64,000 nt of DNA from Chrysomallon squamiferum (lineage: Eukaryota; Animalia; Mollusca): NCBI GenBank assembly GCA_012295275.1, contig CM022672.1:35030001-35094000 (forward strand), read 5' to 3'. Below, in pieces: positions 41,230-56,580 of this stretch. The position numbers and the translations under genes are program-made. Under the pieces are notes generated by a model. The model was given only the letters and a program-made list of their open reading frames with translations, did no database searches and was not told the DNA's origin. Position 1 is the stretch's first letter. Each line of letters opens with the position of its first letter.

Positions 41230-42480
41230 ACATCAAAAGAGAATCTCTACCAAACATTAGAACGAAGTGAATTACTGCTGTTCACTCATTCCTTACATCG
41301 ACCACTGCTGCAATGTGTAACTTCTAATTAGTCAACTCATTCTGAAAAAGTTTGGGATGCATTTCCCGTAACAGATAGCAAACCCAAAGAAATGGCTGTT
41401 CAGCACTTCAGGGTTTTTCTGGCTGTGTAGAAGGACCTGGCTTGATACCTTCACGTGAAACAATAGTATTACAGTTGAAGCTCACAAATGACAGCTCGCT
41501 GTTATCACTACAGTCCTGGTTTTCATGTTGGACAATAACAATTGCTGGAATCCCAAAATCAGAGACAGGTGATTTGTTACTTGTTTGCAGAACAGCAACT
41601 TGCTGTCCACACAGCGTCACAGTAGGACAGCAGAAGTTGACCCAACAAGCACGTAAATATTTCTTTTAAAATGAATTACTCACAGTCAAAACTACTAACA
41701 GGATCAAAAAGTGCATGACATATAGCGTCATGTATAACGAGATCCACCTTGTTTGCAGTTTCGAACAAACGATGAGGAGCAAGCAACTGGAGTTGTGGAA
41801 ATGACCATCAGTCTGCTCCTAGGTCAGTTCACATTTGAAAAGCCAGAAAGCAATAGTCATGTACCCATAACAGCTGGACTACTGAATACCACATGAATCT
41901 CGCTGGCATTAGGTGGGTTTGTGAATGGGTAGACTGAACTGAAATAAAATAGTATTCTTCTTGGGGAAATATTGTAATCCAGAGATCCTTTCCTGGGCTT
42001 GCTGTAATGATGAGTGGTTCTGTTGATGTTCTGTCTGTTGAAACCTTAGATTCATGTGCATCAAACCTCGTATTTAATTGTGGAATTATATTTTCCATGC
42101 TCATATCTTTAATTGTAAGATTAGCATTACATTTTGGTAGGTTAAAAACTTGATTTTGAAGGCAATCTCTCTCTTAAATTAAAAAATATTTCTAAACACG
42201 TGTGTACACATTTTCACACTGGAGAAACCATTCTCAGAATCTAAGGACCTTGTGATAATTCCATTCAGTGCTTTGAAGTTGCCTACATTTCACTGAAATA
42301 CAAGTATAAGAAAAACGAATAAACTATTTTTCAGTCATAGGTATAATATGTGTTACCACTTTGAAAATACCCTCCTTCAGGCGATCATAAGTGTCTGAAA
42401 AAATAATGAAGTCATCCAGGAAAATCATGCAATTCACTTGCTTTTATGGAAATTTAGAAGACATTTCTTAAGTACACTGA
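41230..42480 (-). mobile_element. Decayed Gypsy-type LTR retrotransposon pol remnant
   Basis: TFQ...CMIFLDDFIIFSDTY (RT YLDD motif, ~42380-42480), then SDFGIP and FVLMFGR (integrase, ~41250-41560), in RT-then-INT order; many stops. Confidence 0.55.
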
Positions 42481-45400
42481 AATGTCACATAAAATAACAA
42501 TTCTCTGAAATAGTTTTGTTGTCGTGTTTGGTTTGAATCAATATCATTTACATAAAAAGATTTTTTTGTGTACTTTTTAATACTTATTTAATTTCATTAA
42601 TCTTATACATTATTACTCCAAACAAACATACAAACATTATCAAATAATGTAACTACCGTTTCTCGATCTGCCTTGTTTTTTGCAATTAAAATATCATTTC
42701 CTTTTACAAACTGTACATCACAAAAATTCATCATATTTCTCTGGCATCTGACATCCCAGACTTGTTGATATAAATTAAGCAATGAATAGCGAAGAAAAAT
42801 AAATAAAATAAGAAACAAAGTTACTTAATATCAGTTAATACATAACACCATCAATTAATACTAATGGAAATGCTAACTTTTTCAAATTATTTAGATTTTT
42901 CTTTAAAACATTGATTCCTAATAACCAATATTACAATATTTCAGATATAATTGTCACTATTTAACAAACTCTGCACTCATTCCATTCTCACAACTTGTAG
43001 TGTATCACAAAAATGCATTTTCTGTATTAGTTTTAAGCTTTTACAGTACATCTGTTATCTCCACTAATATAAATACTATTCAGAGTCCAGTATGTTATAA
43101 GATACAGCCGTTTCATTCAGTTTCGCAGTTCACGTTAAATAGAAACAGAAGAAACAAAACATTCTAAATTATACGTTGCTATTATGAAAACGATTATGAT
43201 TTAACATAATAAATAATATTAGCATTACAGTAACTTACCGTAAAATTCAGCAATAGAAACACCTCGTTAACTAAAATCCTGGATCTTTTCAGTATATTAG
43301 TTTTGCTCTGCCAACAACTGGCTGATATCTTTTGCATTAATACATGCGTGTGTGTGCGTATGTGTGTGAGTGTGTGTAAAATATTATCTGTACAATATAC
43401 AAAAAAAATATTATTAACAGCGCATCGCCAACTCAGTGAAACTTTCTCATAAAATATGATTTATTACTTTCAGAGCAATGAAAACGATCTCACATTTAAC
43501 ACACAACACACATGTATATATAATACTTAATATATACAGGAGGTTTTATATATATACGTGTGTATATATATGTATATTATTTTGTATAAATATATTCATG
43601 TAAAGAATACAATTCACAGAACAACCAGACAATTTCACTTTATTTAATTGCAAATAAAATAAACTTACTAATAGTTAATGCATTTGAGGAAATTTCTTTT
43701 TCTAAGGACCAAAATGGAAATATATTTTCAATTTATTTTGGTATCTTAGTTTTTAAATGTTATCACGGTTTCTATATACATTTTACATTATTAAAAATAT
43801 TGTTTTTTCTGTTTATTTATTTATAATAAAATTTAACACATTTAAAAACAACAACAACAACAACAACAAAAAACCCAATAAATGACACACACTGGAAAAT
43901 AGAATGTAAAACAACGGAATATAAACATTAATATAAACAAAATATTAATAATAATAATAATAAAATCTTTATTAATTCATAACTAATAATTATAATAAGT
44001 TAATAAGCTGTCTTTAAATATCAAGATAAATAAATAAATAAAAAATATATTTCTTTTCGACCATCGATAAAATTTTTTACGAAGCATAGGGGATTATCAA
44101 CTCAGAAAGGAATTTTTAAATATTAAAGTTCATTAGTGGCCAAGTTATGGCGACTTTCATATATATGGATAGACAGTTAGAAATATATATATAAACATCC
44201 CGTACAGATAGTTACCAAATTTGAAAAGCTTTAGTTAAAAATGTATTTTGACTGTACGGTTCGTTCGCTTGTGATAAACAAGCTGAGCAGATTAAATAAT
44301 ACACAGTGATCAAACTTTAAGTTAAAACCAGACCTAACCACACTGAACAATGGTCTCACCTGTTCAGTACATAGACCTGATCATCTTATCTTAATTAGCA
44401 ATCATAACTATGCTTAGTACTAAATTATATTCAGAATTTTTTTCATTACAATTTTAATTGCATGTTTGAGTTTTTTAACATCTTCTTCATGACATTAACG
44501 AATATCATTTAGAAGCTAATGTTTACTAATCAGTGGTCCCTCAATGAAATTACATGTATGTATCTATGTATGTATGAATGTATGTTACATGATTGTAATA
44601 AATTTGGACTATATATAACGCTGACATATAAAGAAAATAATAATAATATAGAATAAACACTGATTTTTTTCGACTTTATTATTATTATTTTTTATTATTA
44701 TTATCATCATCATCATCATCATCATCATCAATTTTTTTTCCTGCTTTGTTCTAATCTTTTTTCGTAACTGGGGAATTTAGCAAACAACTGTCATTTCAAA
44801 TGAAATAACTGAATAATAAAAGATAGAAGTACATTTCCACCTCTCTCTCTCTCTAAACTTATTATTGAAATAACAAAAGTAAGCATAAGCAAATAAGAAC
44901 CTTTTAATAACGTTTTCAAAACGATTACAAAGCAGTAAAATGTTAACTAAAAAAATTAAGATCAAAGACAGAAAACAGTCGATTAAAATAACAGGAACAT
45001 TTTCAAGAAGTAGGTGGCATTATAGTTGATATGAATTATCATTAAAATGTGTACATGGACCGTGTATATAAAAGTTTCAACAATTTTATAATGTTATGGA
45101 CATTTCAAAAGTTACATAAGTGAAATAATATTTTCAAAACAGCATTTACCATTAAGCATATTACAATTCAAACTCACAAAAGATTCAGTAAAAAGAATAG
45201 AAAGAAAGAGAAAAAAGAGGTAATATCATAGTCGAAATGTGAAACTATTTAAATCTGGAACATTAAGAATTACATTAACAATGAATTTCAGTAATTATAT
45301 AAATAACTAAACACGTTAAAACACTAATAATTAATAAAAGTTGTAAAACATATTTAATCTCAACTGTCCATGCTAGAAAACGTTTGTTAAGTTAAAAGTT

Positions 45401-45775
45401 TTTTCTTTAAAAAGACTTCTTATCTGAGATTCTGTGAAGTGTACTGAAAACTTACCAGCATTCTAACTTACCAGTTACTTCTGATTTATCATTCTAACCA
45501 GTATTTTACAGATATATATTAATTCACCTTTTGCTTACAAGCGACAAACAGAACATTAATAATTATTACGTTAACTATTACTGCCAGAAAAATTACCTTC
45601 TATCCAATTTTTTGAAAAATAACTTTCACAAAATATTATCACATTGGAATCTGATACTAAAGAAAATAAATATTTACTTAATAATTAAATTCTAGAAAGT
45701 TATATATAAACAACATTTCTTTATAAGTTTAACAAAAGAAACGAAATATACTACTACTACTACTACTACTACTAC

Positions 45776-45848
<73 letters not shown>

Positions 45849-47049
45849 ATGAGTAAAAAAAAAGAACCAAAGAATTAAACAAGAATATAATTTAGTCTGG
45901 TGTCAGTAAAAGATACATCTCAGCATGTATCTATCTGTGAGGAGTGTGTTGATCTACAGCAAACCAGTGAGGGCAGAAGTGATGATTAACCTGAAGAAAA
46001 ATTTTAAAAATATGAAAAAAAAAAATTGTAAACAAAGAATATAAAGCTTATTCAGAAGCATAGAAAGAGCCATGATCGACACAAAACAAAAATATAAATG
46101 ATAAAGAGATAAAGATAAAACACGTAGATCCATAGCATTAAATACACTGAAATAAGCACATATGTACATACAGATAGTACACAAATTCTTACACAAATAC
46201 CAAGAAAGAAGACAGTCATAGAGAATCACAGAAACACAGAGGTATACCTAATGAAATATTAGACATGGGTACAGATGGATAGATAGAGAAAGATACACTG
46301 AGAAGAAAGCTAATCAAATTAATATTACAAAAAATCACTAATAAAAGAGATCAGTTACAAGATGACTTACGTGATTATTAGAGAAAACATTGAAGAAAAT
46401 GTGCAATCACTTCCGCTGGTTTTACCTAATATATACGGAATGTATGATGTTTAGTTACGAATAAAATTATGACATAATAAAAATAAAAAATAATAATAAT
46501 AATAATAAAAATAGAAAACTGCATCATACAGGAAGTGAAAAATATATCTCTGCCAAACAACCTACAAATAAAAACACCTTTTGCGTTATTTAACTGAATA
46601 GTAATACTGCTTTAATCTGTTTTCTAGTTTGTTCAGTGAAAGTGCATTTGAGACAAATACCAGCTTTACTTCTTAAAGAAGTCACACATCAAAAATGAAA
46701 AGATTATTTTTCCAGAAATCTTCATAAGCTGATAAGAAAAAGGAACAAAATTATATTTATGGTTTAAAATGTGTAAATGAGAAAGATAAAATGAACTTTG
46801 AATAGAGATAAAAATGTACATGAATAGATAAAAGAATCAATTTGCTAAATTTTACGAATGTTGATTACAGAAATTCCTCAGTATTTGTTTTCGAAATGAT
46901 TAGTTTTCTTTTTCATTTCTCTTCTCTTTTTCTTCTCTAAATAACTAAATAAATCAACCAAAAGGATCTAATTTTCATAGTTCAGGACACGTTTCAGTAA
47001 ATAGGAAATAATTTAAAAAGGAAACTGACTTGACTTTCATGTAAGTAAA

Positions 47050-48300
47050 ATGAATGCTTTATTTGGGGTTTTTGATCATTTGGTTTCGCCAAATCTCGAA
47101 CACATTAGATTTGTTTCTTTCTTTGAAGGCCTTTGACTTCAGAATCAGAATATGACTAGCAGCAACAGCTTTTGACTCTGCTTTATCAAAATCTTTATCA
47201 GAAAACTTTGTCAGGCTTGCAAAACTAACAAAACATACTTTTCGTTACCATTAGCTTGACTATGTTTGCTTCGTGCCAGAAAAACCTTCCTTAACACACA
47301 CATGGCCATGAGTTACAAGAAGGAGGCGACGTAGAACGAGTATTCAGAGCTTCTCAAATATTTTGTCCTGACCCTTAGTTTCATACATCGAAGTGTCCAC
47401 CTTGTCATACACAGAACTTGATGTTGAAATTCCTTAAACCAAGGTATTTTCTGGCTCTCTAACAATATTTAGATTCATCAAACGTTTTGGTTTATCAAAT
47501 GTTCCAAGAGTCACTTCATTTTTGTCCTGCACTAATCCTGGTCACTGGTTATTAGTATTGGATCTAGAAAAGCCATGTCTCGAGACCTTTGAAAAAATTG
47601 GCAACAAATGCTAAGAAAAATCACTACAGCCAGTCACAGTAACAAAAGCCTCCCTCTGGGCAGGCGCTCTAGAAATAGAAGGTAAACTCGTGAAACGACA
47701 TCATCAACATTCCAACCAGTTTGCTTGGCTCAGTCTGGAAACCACCAGAAATAACATGCAGGCCAGAGCTATCTATTTTGAGAAGTCGAAGATCATACTG
47801 ATGCGTGTGTGAATTTTCTAGTTTGACATGAAATGACCACTTGACTGATGGGCCATCCATGGATATCTGCAGAAGCCCAGTTCTACTCAGATCACTAATA
47901 CTTGCATTAAACTTTCTGACAGATCTATATCAGCACCACGCTGAGTGAACTTACATAGGCTCTCTCTTCTCCTACACTGGAATTCAATAGGTTCAGAAAA
48001 TATGGAGCATGTTTCACACAACTTTGAGATGTTATTAGCGTTCTCCGTGAACAGATAACGTGGACACATCAAAGCTTTTCAATAAGATTTCAACGAGATA
48101 GTGAGCAGAAGATGAGCATCCACGTGGAAACATCTTTAAATTCTGGCTTTCAGTCGAGACCACTTCAAAATATCATTTTCCTGTAGTTTCCTTGGTCGAC
48201 ACAATTGGGAACAGAACACACATCCACTCTGAACTAATATGATTGAAGATAAAGCGAGGATTCTCGAAGATGCGATAAAATAAGTCATGTTCTCAAGAAC
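47050..48300 (-). mobile_element. Decayed DNA-transposase remnant, probably hAT superfamily
   Basis: ISMDGPSVKWSF...LLKIDSSGLHVISGGFQT resembles the MDGPNVN...IGSCGLHxVHGAF motif of a widespread hAT-related transposase group (recalled, not searched). Confidence 0.6.
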
Positions 48301-49633
48301 GGGTTAGAAAAAAATGCAACTGGGACGCAAGGCGCAAGATGTTTTCTGACAAAATAGTTTTGTTTTTTTGTACGAGTTACTTTTGTGTGGAAATTGAAAA
48401 AATTGAAGTTTGCAAGATATGTGGCTGTTGTAGATAAACCTATTTTCGTCATTGGTAGTCAGTGTTGAAAGATATGTTTAACACTTTTAGATATTTAAAA
48501 AGAAGAAAAAAGTGTCCGTGGATAGCTAATCACATAAATTACTTTTGTAATTCGGAAAATTTTATTTCACTCTGAGAGTCTGTGAATAGAGTTGCAGTTT
48601 GTGATTTCAGATAAATCAGAAGTCAAGCTATAATTTGTTTCACAAATCTTAAATTACAACACATCTGCAACCTTGATAATCGTAAAATAATTGATATAAG
48701 GTATCTGTCTATCTATGTGTCTATCTTTCTATATATACATTTATCTCTCTATCTATATATTTATCAATCTATCTATCTGTCTGTCTGGCTATAAACACAT
48801 ACATACGTACATACATACATATACACAATCCAGTCTTGAAATTTCAATTGTCTACCTTTCAAAAACCTCTGTCTCTTGAAGTGATCGTCTTGTACCCACA
48901 AGCTCCTCTTTATATACTGGTAACTCTGACATTCGAAAATGCAGATGTTAACAATTCGAAAAACTCTATTACTCAAAGTTGTCTGACAGACCAAGACCAC
49001 TAATTTAAATGAAATTAGCCTTTGAAAACTCAAAGCATTGGAATAGTCAAGATATTGTTTCGCCTGGTAATTACAGAAAAATGAGTCGTTGATTAAGAAG
49101 ACTGAAATTAACTAACTACTGATCATCTGTCTAAGGCTTTTTACATAACTGCAGACAGCCTCCAAAGAAATGTTGTAGTAAACTGTTAAAGTTCACTGTT
49201 TGGTGCGTTTTTGCTTACAAATGAGTGTATCGAGCCAAGTATTCTATTTGTAATAATAGGTCATTTAATGAAAAAAAACAAAATAACAAAAAATAAAAAA
49301 TAACAACACATGACCAAATATAATTATATGTAAATAATAGTGCATATGTATGTCAAATTCATTTGAGTTCTGATTTTTATTGTTTGATTATTGACTTAGT
49401 TCACAAAATACGTAAGAGTGTACGCTTCTTAAAATATGAAATGTACTCATCCACTCTAAACGCGAGAAATATTTACATTTTCAAAAGTCAATGTCTATGT
49501 TACTTTAACTATTTCTCTGACACCTTCAAAATGTATGTAAATGTACAATAAAACTTTAATACATTTTATTTCAGTTTCCTTAAGATCTTATTTTTCAACT
49601 GAAAATAATTTAGGAATATCTATATTTACATAC

Positions 49634-51238
49634 TTAACTCAGCTTTGTAGCATGTAGTTTCACCAACTCCAGGTCTTGGTCCATCAGTGCATTTCCAGGT
49701 TCCAACATCTACTTCAGGATTGAATGACTCTACTGTAAGTGTGACATCTCTTGTAGTTTTGTCAATGGTAGCACTATAACCACTAAATTCTCCATTTGGA
49801 ATACAAAGAGTGTGAATTTTATTACATGATACTATCTGATCATCATTTCCACGAAACATTTGAATACCATTTTGGACAGCTTCCTTCACTCTGCAAATGA
49901 TTTTTGAATTCTTTCCAGTATAAGCTCCTGTTGAACAATCTATGTATGTCTTCGTTATACCACCTGAAAAACGTACAACTCGTTCAACCTACATCAAATA
50001 ATTAGATTAATTGAGGATTATCAAAATGGCGGGTCAGGAGCATTACAGATATCGTGGATTAAAAGTATTTAATGAACCAAGACATTGCGTCTCTTTTTGC
50101 TAATTGTTCACTAATATTAGTCTCGGGGTCAGCCTGCAATAAAGAAAAATCGCTGATATGGACAAATCCCTTCTGGAAAAATGGATTACGTACATGATCT
50201 AACTTTCTATAAGGGTCAAGACAAAACTAAGCCTACTCGTTTAATTCTCAACTGAAAATTAATAATGAGCGTCTTTATTATGAGATGGTCAAATAAAGGA
50301 CCTTTATTTTTAAGATATCTATTTAGAACTGTCAGCTGGCATTCATATACGGCATTTTTTGAAAAATATATATATATTTATAATTTACAGTTTTCAGTGG
50401 CTTTATAAAGGCACTTAAAACAAAAATTATAAATTGTCTTTACCTGCTGACCAAGTAACATTAGAAATGTCAGGAATTCCTTACTGTTAAATGTTTGTAA
50501 ACAATTCAACAATGATTGTATAATAGAATTTATTTCAAAACAAATGGTAGAAAAGTATGTAGGTAATGATAGACACATATCTTAGACATTTTCAGTAAAA
50601 TCTCTGGTTATTATCTTAACAGCATAAAAAGTGTTATTATATGGTATAAAAGATTCAGATGAATGTGAATTTTGTTATATGTGTAGTGAAGATTGAATGC
50701 ACAATTGTTTTCTTATCGAAAATCGTTATAGAACAATGTTGTAGAGTGGATATTTTTTAGAACAAAAGTGAGACTTCAAAGAAATGCATAAACAATAATT
50801 TTAGGGAATTTAAATGTTTTTTAAAACAAATATGAAAAAATAAATAAATAAATAATATAATCAGATTGATATTGTTAATTACCAAGCTGTACAAATAAAA
50901 ATAAAAATTCCAAACTGGTCAGAACATCCATAATAATACATCCATACATACATACGTACATCTGCATATATATACATATTCATGCCATTTGCAAAAAAGT
51001 ACTAATATGTAATATTAATACACAGAAACCGTATTTAATATATCTGCAGTTTGTCAAAATACTAAAAGATACTTAGAAATTAGAAGATGTATCAACTTAT
51101 CTCACAAACCATTTTTATTTTTCTGCATTGCATAAGCATAATTTCTGATATTGACTGTGGAATCTAATTGCTATTCATACCTTTCACAGAATTATTGCCA
51201 ATCAAGACAAAGAGCAACACCACTTCAAAGATCATTAT
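49634..51238 (-). CDS. Second, divergent V-like Ig-domain gene (signal exon plus Ig exon); possible downstream exons at 46371-46425 and ~45528-45657
   Basis: Signal exon 51181-51238 (MIFEVVLLFVLIGNNSVK|G). Ig exon 49634-49963 (330 nt, phase 1-1): SKIICRV...IQMFRG...IVSC...VTLTVESFNPEVDVGTWKCTDG. Confidence 0.78.
50150..50860 (+). mobile_element. Decayed L1/Tx1-like LINE fragment inside the intron of the Ig gene
   Basis: ttatatggtataaaagattcagatgaatgtgaattt... is homologous to ~30055-30230. Confidence 0.6.
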
Positions 51239-54200
51239 CTGTAAAATAATTAAAGAATTACAAATTTATTTTTGAAAGATTAAATAAAATTATATATCTA
51301 TACAAACACAAGCAAATATGTACGTGTTTTGTTTTGTGAAAAAAATATTCTTAAACAGCAGAGACTACTGGTGTTGGTTTGCGTTGTGACTGTGACAGTG
51401 ATTTCAGCAATCACCTGCGTGTTGGTAATATCAGTGGTGTCCGCCATGTCGGTTGTAGTGACCTTTCACAAGTTTCACTAATTTAGACTAATTTAATAGC
51501 ATACATTGTTTTCTTCGCATGACATCTTAAAATAAAAGGATAATGTTGCAGATTTACTACGAAAGATTTAATCATTTTGGTGGACAGAAAAGTGTAAATA
51601 ACAACAATATAATTGTATTACTCGACTAAAAATTAGTTGGAACAGTATACAATGAGAACTGACAGATAGACATCTCACAGAGTTAAGAATAAAAGTAAAC
51701 AAACTGAAAATAAATGCTAAAGAACAATGCTCTTAAACTGAAATTTCAAATGAAGCCTTACTACTCAAACATAAAATTATATAAAATGTATATTAAATGG
51801 ATCAAAATAAGGTTTTCTGCAGTCACTTGCCAGTTGTTCGGGTGTTTATGCATTTGACTTCATTAGGTTTATATACTATGTCATCGTAAAAGCAATAAGA
51901 CGTAAAAACAAAATAAGAAGAAACAAAACAAAAATACTGCTAAGGATTTATCATTTTATTCTTCAGTATGTTTTCATTTACAGATTCAGTTATTTGAATA
52001 TAACTTGTAAGACAATACAAAAATAAATAAAAACAGGTCAGCTGCATTGACCTTAATTGGGAAACCTTTGTGTCTTAGTTGTAAACTCATAATGAACATC
52101 ACGTGAAAGAACCCCAACATATTAACCTGTTCCACTGTAAAGAACATTAAACAAATAACAAAATGACACCAAGGTAGCTAAAATATATTAATAAATAATC
52201 TCTGAGGTTCAGCAATGATAGAATGGCAATCAAGTCCTGTATTTCCTTTACTTTTCAAGATAATGAAATGAAAATTTCTGAGTAATTATATTCAGGTACC
52301 AACTAGATAGAATATAATTCAGAATAATCAGATGAGTAGTCCATAAAAAATGCAACAGTAACAACCAGTTGCTTTGTAAATAAGGACATCGTTCAGTGAC
52401 GTCATTTAGATGACGTCACTTAGATTTGAGAAGACAATGTGGGTCGGCAAAAAAGTGTCTTCTAGCAAATCGTTAATGAATGGCAAGTAAGAAGATAATG
52501 GCCTGTAAGCTCACAACATATATTATCTAAAATGTTATTATTGTCTTCTTATAAGGTCTACAAAATTTTATGAAAATGTTAGGTTTAATTGTTTCGGAAC
52601 GAACAGATGTTTTCATTAAGTTTCATTCGGCATGACGACAGTAACTCAGTTTGCAAATTTAAAACCAACCTTCGCTATTATAGAATTGATTGAAATTTTG
52701 TCACACTCTGGTTTAAATGTTACAGTAATAAATAAATTTAATTTCGGAGGAAAAGAATAAAGTGATCTATGTATTCTGATCGGTTGAACTTGACCAAAAT
52801 TTCATCGTGGAAGGAATCTCTTGATTTTTTATTTTATTATTATTATTTTTTTAAATTCTCGTTTTGCGCAATCGTTTTACATCTTAAAAAGAAAACATCG
52901 GTAAATATTTGCGCCGAATCGACTAAAAATCTGCATTTCGGGGATAGTCCTTTGCACACTCGGTACACAACTACTATCTGAAAAATTGACGTCACCCGAT
53001 TTCTGCTTTCTGAAAAATGTACATGACTATGTGTCCTATTATTTTTAGTACGCATAATTATTTAGAACTATTGCAGTGAAATATTATGCTCACGCTCCTT
53101 GCATGTTTGATATGTACTTCTTTGTTCTAAATATTAGAGAAAAGCACACAAAATAGATAAATTTAATAACTTACGGAAAGAGGTAAGCTACACTACACCA
53201 GCTTCCGTCTTCGTTGGTATTTTCCACCGATTCAGAATATGGCATCCATGCAAGTATCGTAAACTGCAAGCTTTTTGGTCTGTTTAAAGTAAGTACTCTG
53301 TAGTATGTGGACTGTATTTCACACCGCACAATTTCAGAATAACTGGTCTGTAGTCTAGTTAGTGCGTGTGCCATATTTCTAAATTTGAATATGAAACTGG
53401 TATTTGTTTTTTTTTGGTGTATTTTTTGTTGTTTATTTTTGTTTTTTTTTTCTTAATTAGTGTCTGAGTGTTGGAAATCAGTTGAATGACGTTGCAGATT
53501 TGTAGCTTTCTGCCCTTTTGTCCATGATATATAAAACAAGATTAGTTTTTCCCGCTGTCGCTAATTAACAACACATATTCCATTATAATTTCCATTATTT
53601 ATTTCCAAAGAATTGCCACGAGCACACACACAAAATAAAAACATAATAATAATAATAAAAATAAAAATAGTAATAATAATAATAATAATAATAATCAAAT
53701 TTTAGAGGTAAATATTAGTGAATAAACAATCACTGATGAGTAGCCTAATTTTAGAACACGATATTGAGAAACTGAAGTCACGTGGCGGTACTTGAACTCC
53801 GCAGACATAGTTCTGAAGGTCTTCTTCACGCTGTATGTGGCGACTGTTTTGCCGAGAAGTAGTGTGCTTAAAACATTTGGATGATTTATTAACCAAAGTG
53901 GAAACCGTTATATCATTTCATCTCGATTTAATTACCTAAATCACAATGTCACTCGTATCCTATGAAAAGAATGATAACTTTATTCACCTAGAAGAACTTT
54001 CACACTGAAAGCAGGAGGTTCTCGATCAGTTGCTTTTTGACTCTGAGTGAAAGTTGCTTTTTGACAGGCATGTGAAATTGCGTATTTCTACGAAAAACAA
54101 GTTCACCAACGATTTACTATGTTAATGTTAAGAAAAGCGATACTAATAACAAAGATGATTTGTTGAATAACCTTTCCTACTAACAGTGGGATTCAAAGCA

Positions 54201-54487
54201 CTGGAGAGTTAAGAAACCGTTGACAAAAACCAGAATTTCACTTTGGATATGATTTTCAAAGTGCCTTTTGAGGAATTTTTTCTGAGAACCTGTTTCAGTG
54301 TGGCAGTGGACTGTATGAAGCAAATTTAGATATAGATTGATGTTTTAATACCCAGATTTAGAAAATATTTACAGTAGCACAATGTAAATGATCTGAATAA
54401 GATTTAGTGCATTTTAACTATAAAGAAATAGAATCTGTGTTTCTTAGAGACATATTTCATAAATAAATAAATAAGTAAGGAAATAAG

Positions 54488-54526
<39 letters not shown>

Positions 54527-56199
54527 ATATAAACTGAAATAAACCAGATTTTTTTAAAACGTTATCTAGCCTCTATACAGAGAAAAGTAAATAAAATAAC
54601 GACAAATATTAAAAAACGTGTATTAATAATTATAATCAGTAAATAAACTGCTCTTAACAGCCGACATATAGAAACATCCGTAATAGCCTTTTAGAGGATG
54701 ACAAGCTTATAAAAGCTGCGTTAAGAGCCAAGATATGGCGAGTTTTGTTTCACAAATTAACACAATTTAAATGTGGCTTCGCTTTTTCTTTGATTGCGCG
54801 ACGTGTTGGGGTTGAGTCGAGGTTCTGGTTCTCGAAGAAGAGACAAGCGGGAGACTGCAGGGGTCAGTTTGAGGGACACGGACGTCACGGAAGACAACTT
54901 GAAACTTTGATCTCCCTTAAACAAGCATTTGGCAGCCAGATGTGGTAAGATCCGTTTCATCCTTTTTCTTCTTCTATTTTAAAAAAATTTTTTGGTTTAG
55001 TTTTGATTCTGTCGTTAGACAGTGTAATCTGTGTCATTAACAGGGCTTGCACAACACTGTGGTTCCTTTTCATGAACCCTGAGGTGATGCGAGAGAACTT
55101 GAAACTTTGACCTCGCTTCGATACGCATTGACACCGTAAATTTGCATTGACCTAATAACGTGATTCTTCCGTGACCGATTCCATCTTTAGTTATTTTAAT
55201 TGAAGTTTCCACGAAATCGTAAATGATTTGGTTGCGTTTATTTATATTATTACAAAATATGTTCTGATATAAAAAAGTAACTCAAACAGCATTTTTGTTG
55301 ATGTTTATTTATCTACTGGATATATTTTATTGTCACAATTTAAAATTTACTAATCCCTGTCATAGTCTTCTAAACACCATAAACATGATATTGCATACTG
55401 ACACGGTCGCATATACAAATGGTGATACAGTTCTCAAGTTCAATAAGCATATCTGATACTTAGTTATACTTAGTTATATGATAATGACAGTGGTCATTTT
55501 GAGAAATAAGAATCTGAACAATAAATATATTAAGAACTCGAAAGAATTCTTCTAAAAACGCATTTGAAATTAAATAAAATCACACAGCCATGTTTCCTAT
55601 GTTGGTGTAGTTTGGATATAAAAAACATAAAAAAATAATTCTATTATACATATATATTAAGCTATATATATGAATTAACTTTGTGATCATTTTTAATACA
55701 TTTTAAAATTAAACATTTTAAATAATTATCTCTTGTTACACATAGGGTTTGTATTTTTGTAAATCTTTTTTAAAAAGTTACATTAATATATATATATTTA
55801 TATATTTCAGCTCTACATATATTTCTATATGATAGTTTGAATAAAAGGTATAAAGTAACCTAATAACAGAACTTAATTATATACTCTTTCATTTACCAGT
55901 TGTCTTTAAGTTTTCATACAGTTGAAGTGTTTGGTATTGTGAAACGTCTCTTCTCTCTTGAAGTCCTTCATAAATAAAATCAGGCTTGTCAGATCCATGT
56001 TCTTTATCTGTAAACATTGACAAAAGACACTTCACAAATATTTCAGTAAAGCATATATAAATTTATATTAGTGCTAATAAAAATGTTAGAAAAAAAAAGA
56101 AAAAAAAAAAAAAAAATGAAAGAAAACAACAACAACAAAGAAGTAAAAAATTAATGAATATTTGAAAAAAAATGTTACAATTAAACGATAAATAACTTT

Positions 56200-56580
56200 T
56201 ACATCATATTCCATGTCTAGACATCCGAAATAAGGGCAGAATGAAACACTTTAATCTATCACATAACCAAAAATCAGGAACCAAATGGTTAATCTTGATG
56301 AAATGGTTATCTCTAAAAATATTCCTTGAGAAGGAATGTTGCCAGTAACACCTATTACGGTTAAGATTGCCATATACAAGTAATTGTGTCCTAATTAGCA
56401 ACATCAGAAAAAATCCATCTGCAATCTGTTTCTGATTAGATAATATACGTCTCTAAAATTTCAATCTATTCCATTATTCTTGTTCCAAAATTTGTATGTC
56501 TGATTACATTTTGATTCATTCTATTAAATTCGAAAATATTTATTGTCATTATTTTCCTCTCTTCTTTATTACATGACAAT
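56200..56580 (-). mobile_element. Possible decayed L1/Tx1-like ORF2 fragment
   Basis: TQLLVYGNLNRN...F...HFIKINHL loosely resembles the post-RT L1 segment; weak. Confidence 0.3.
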
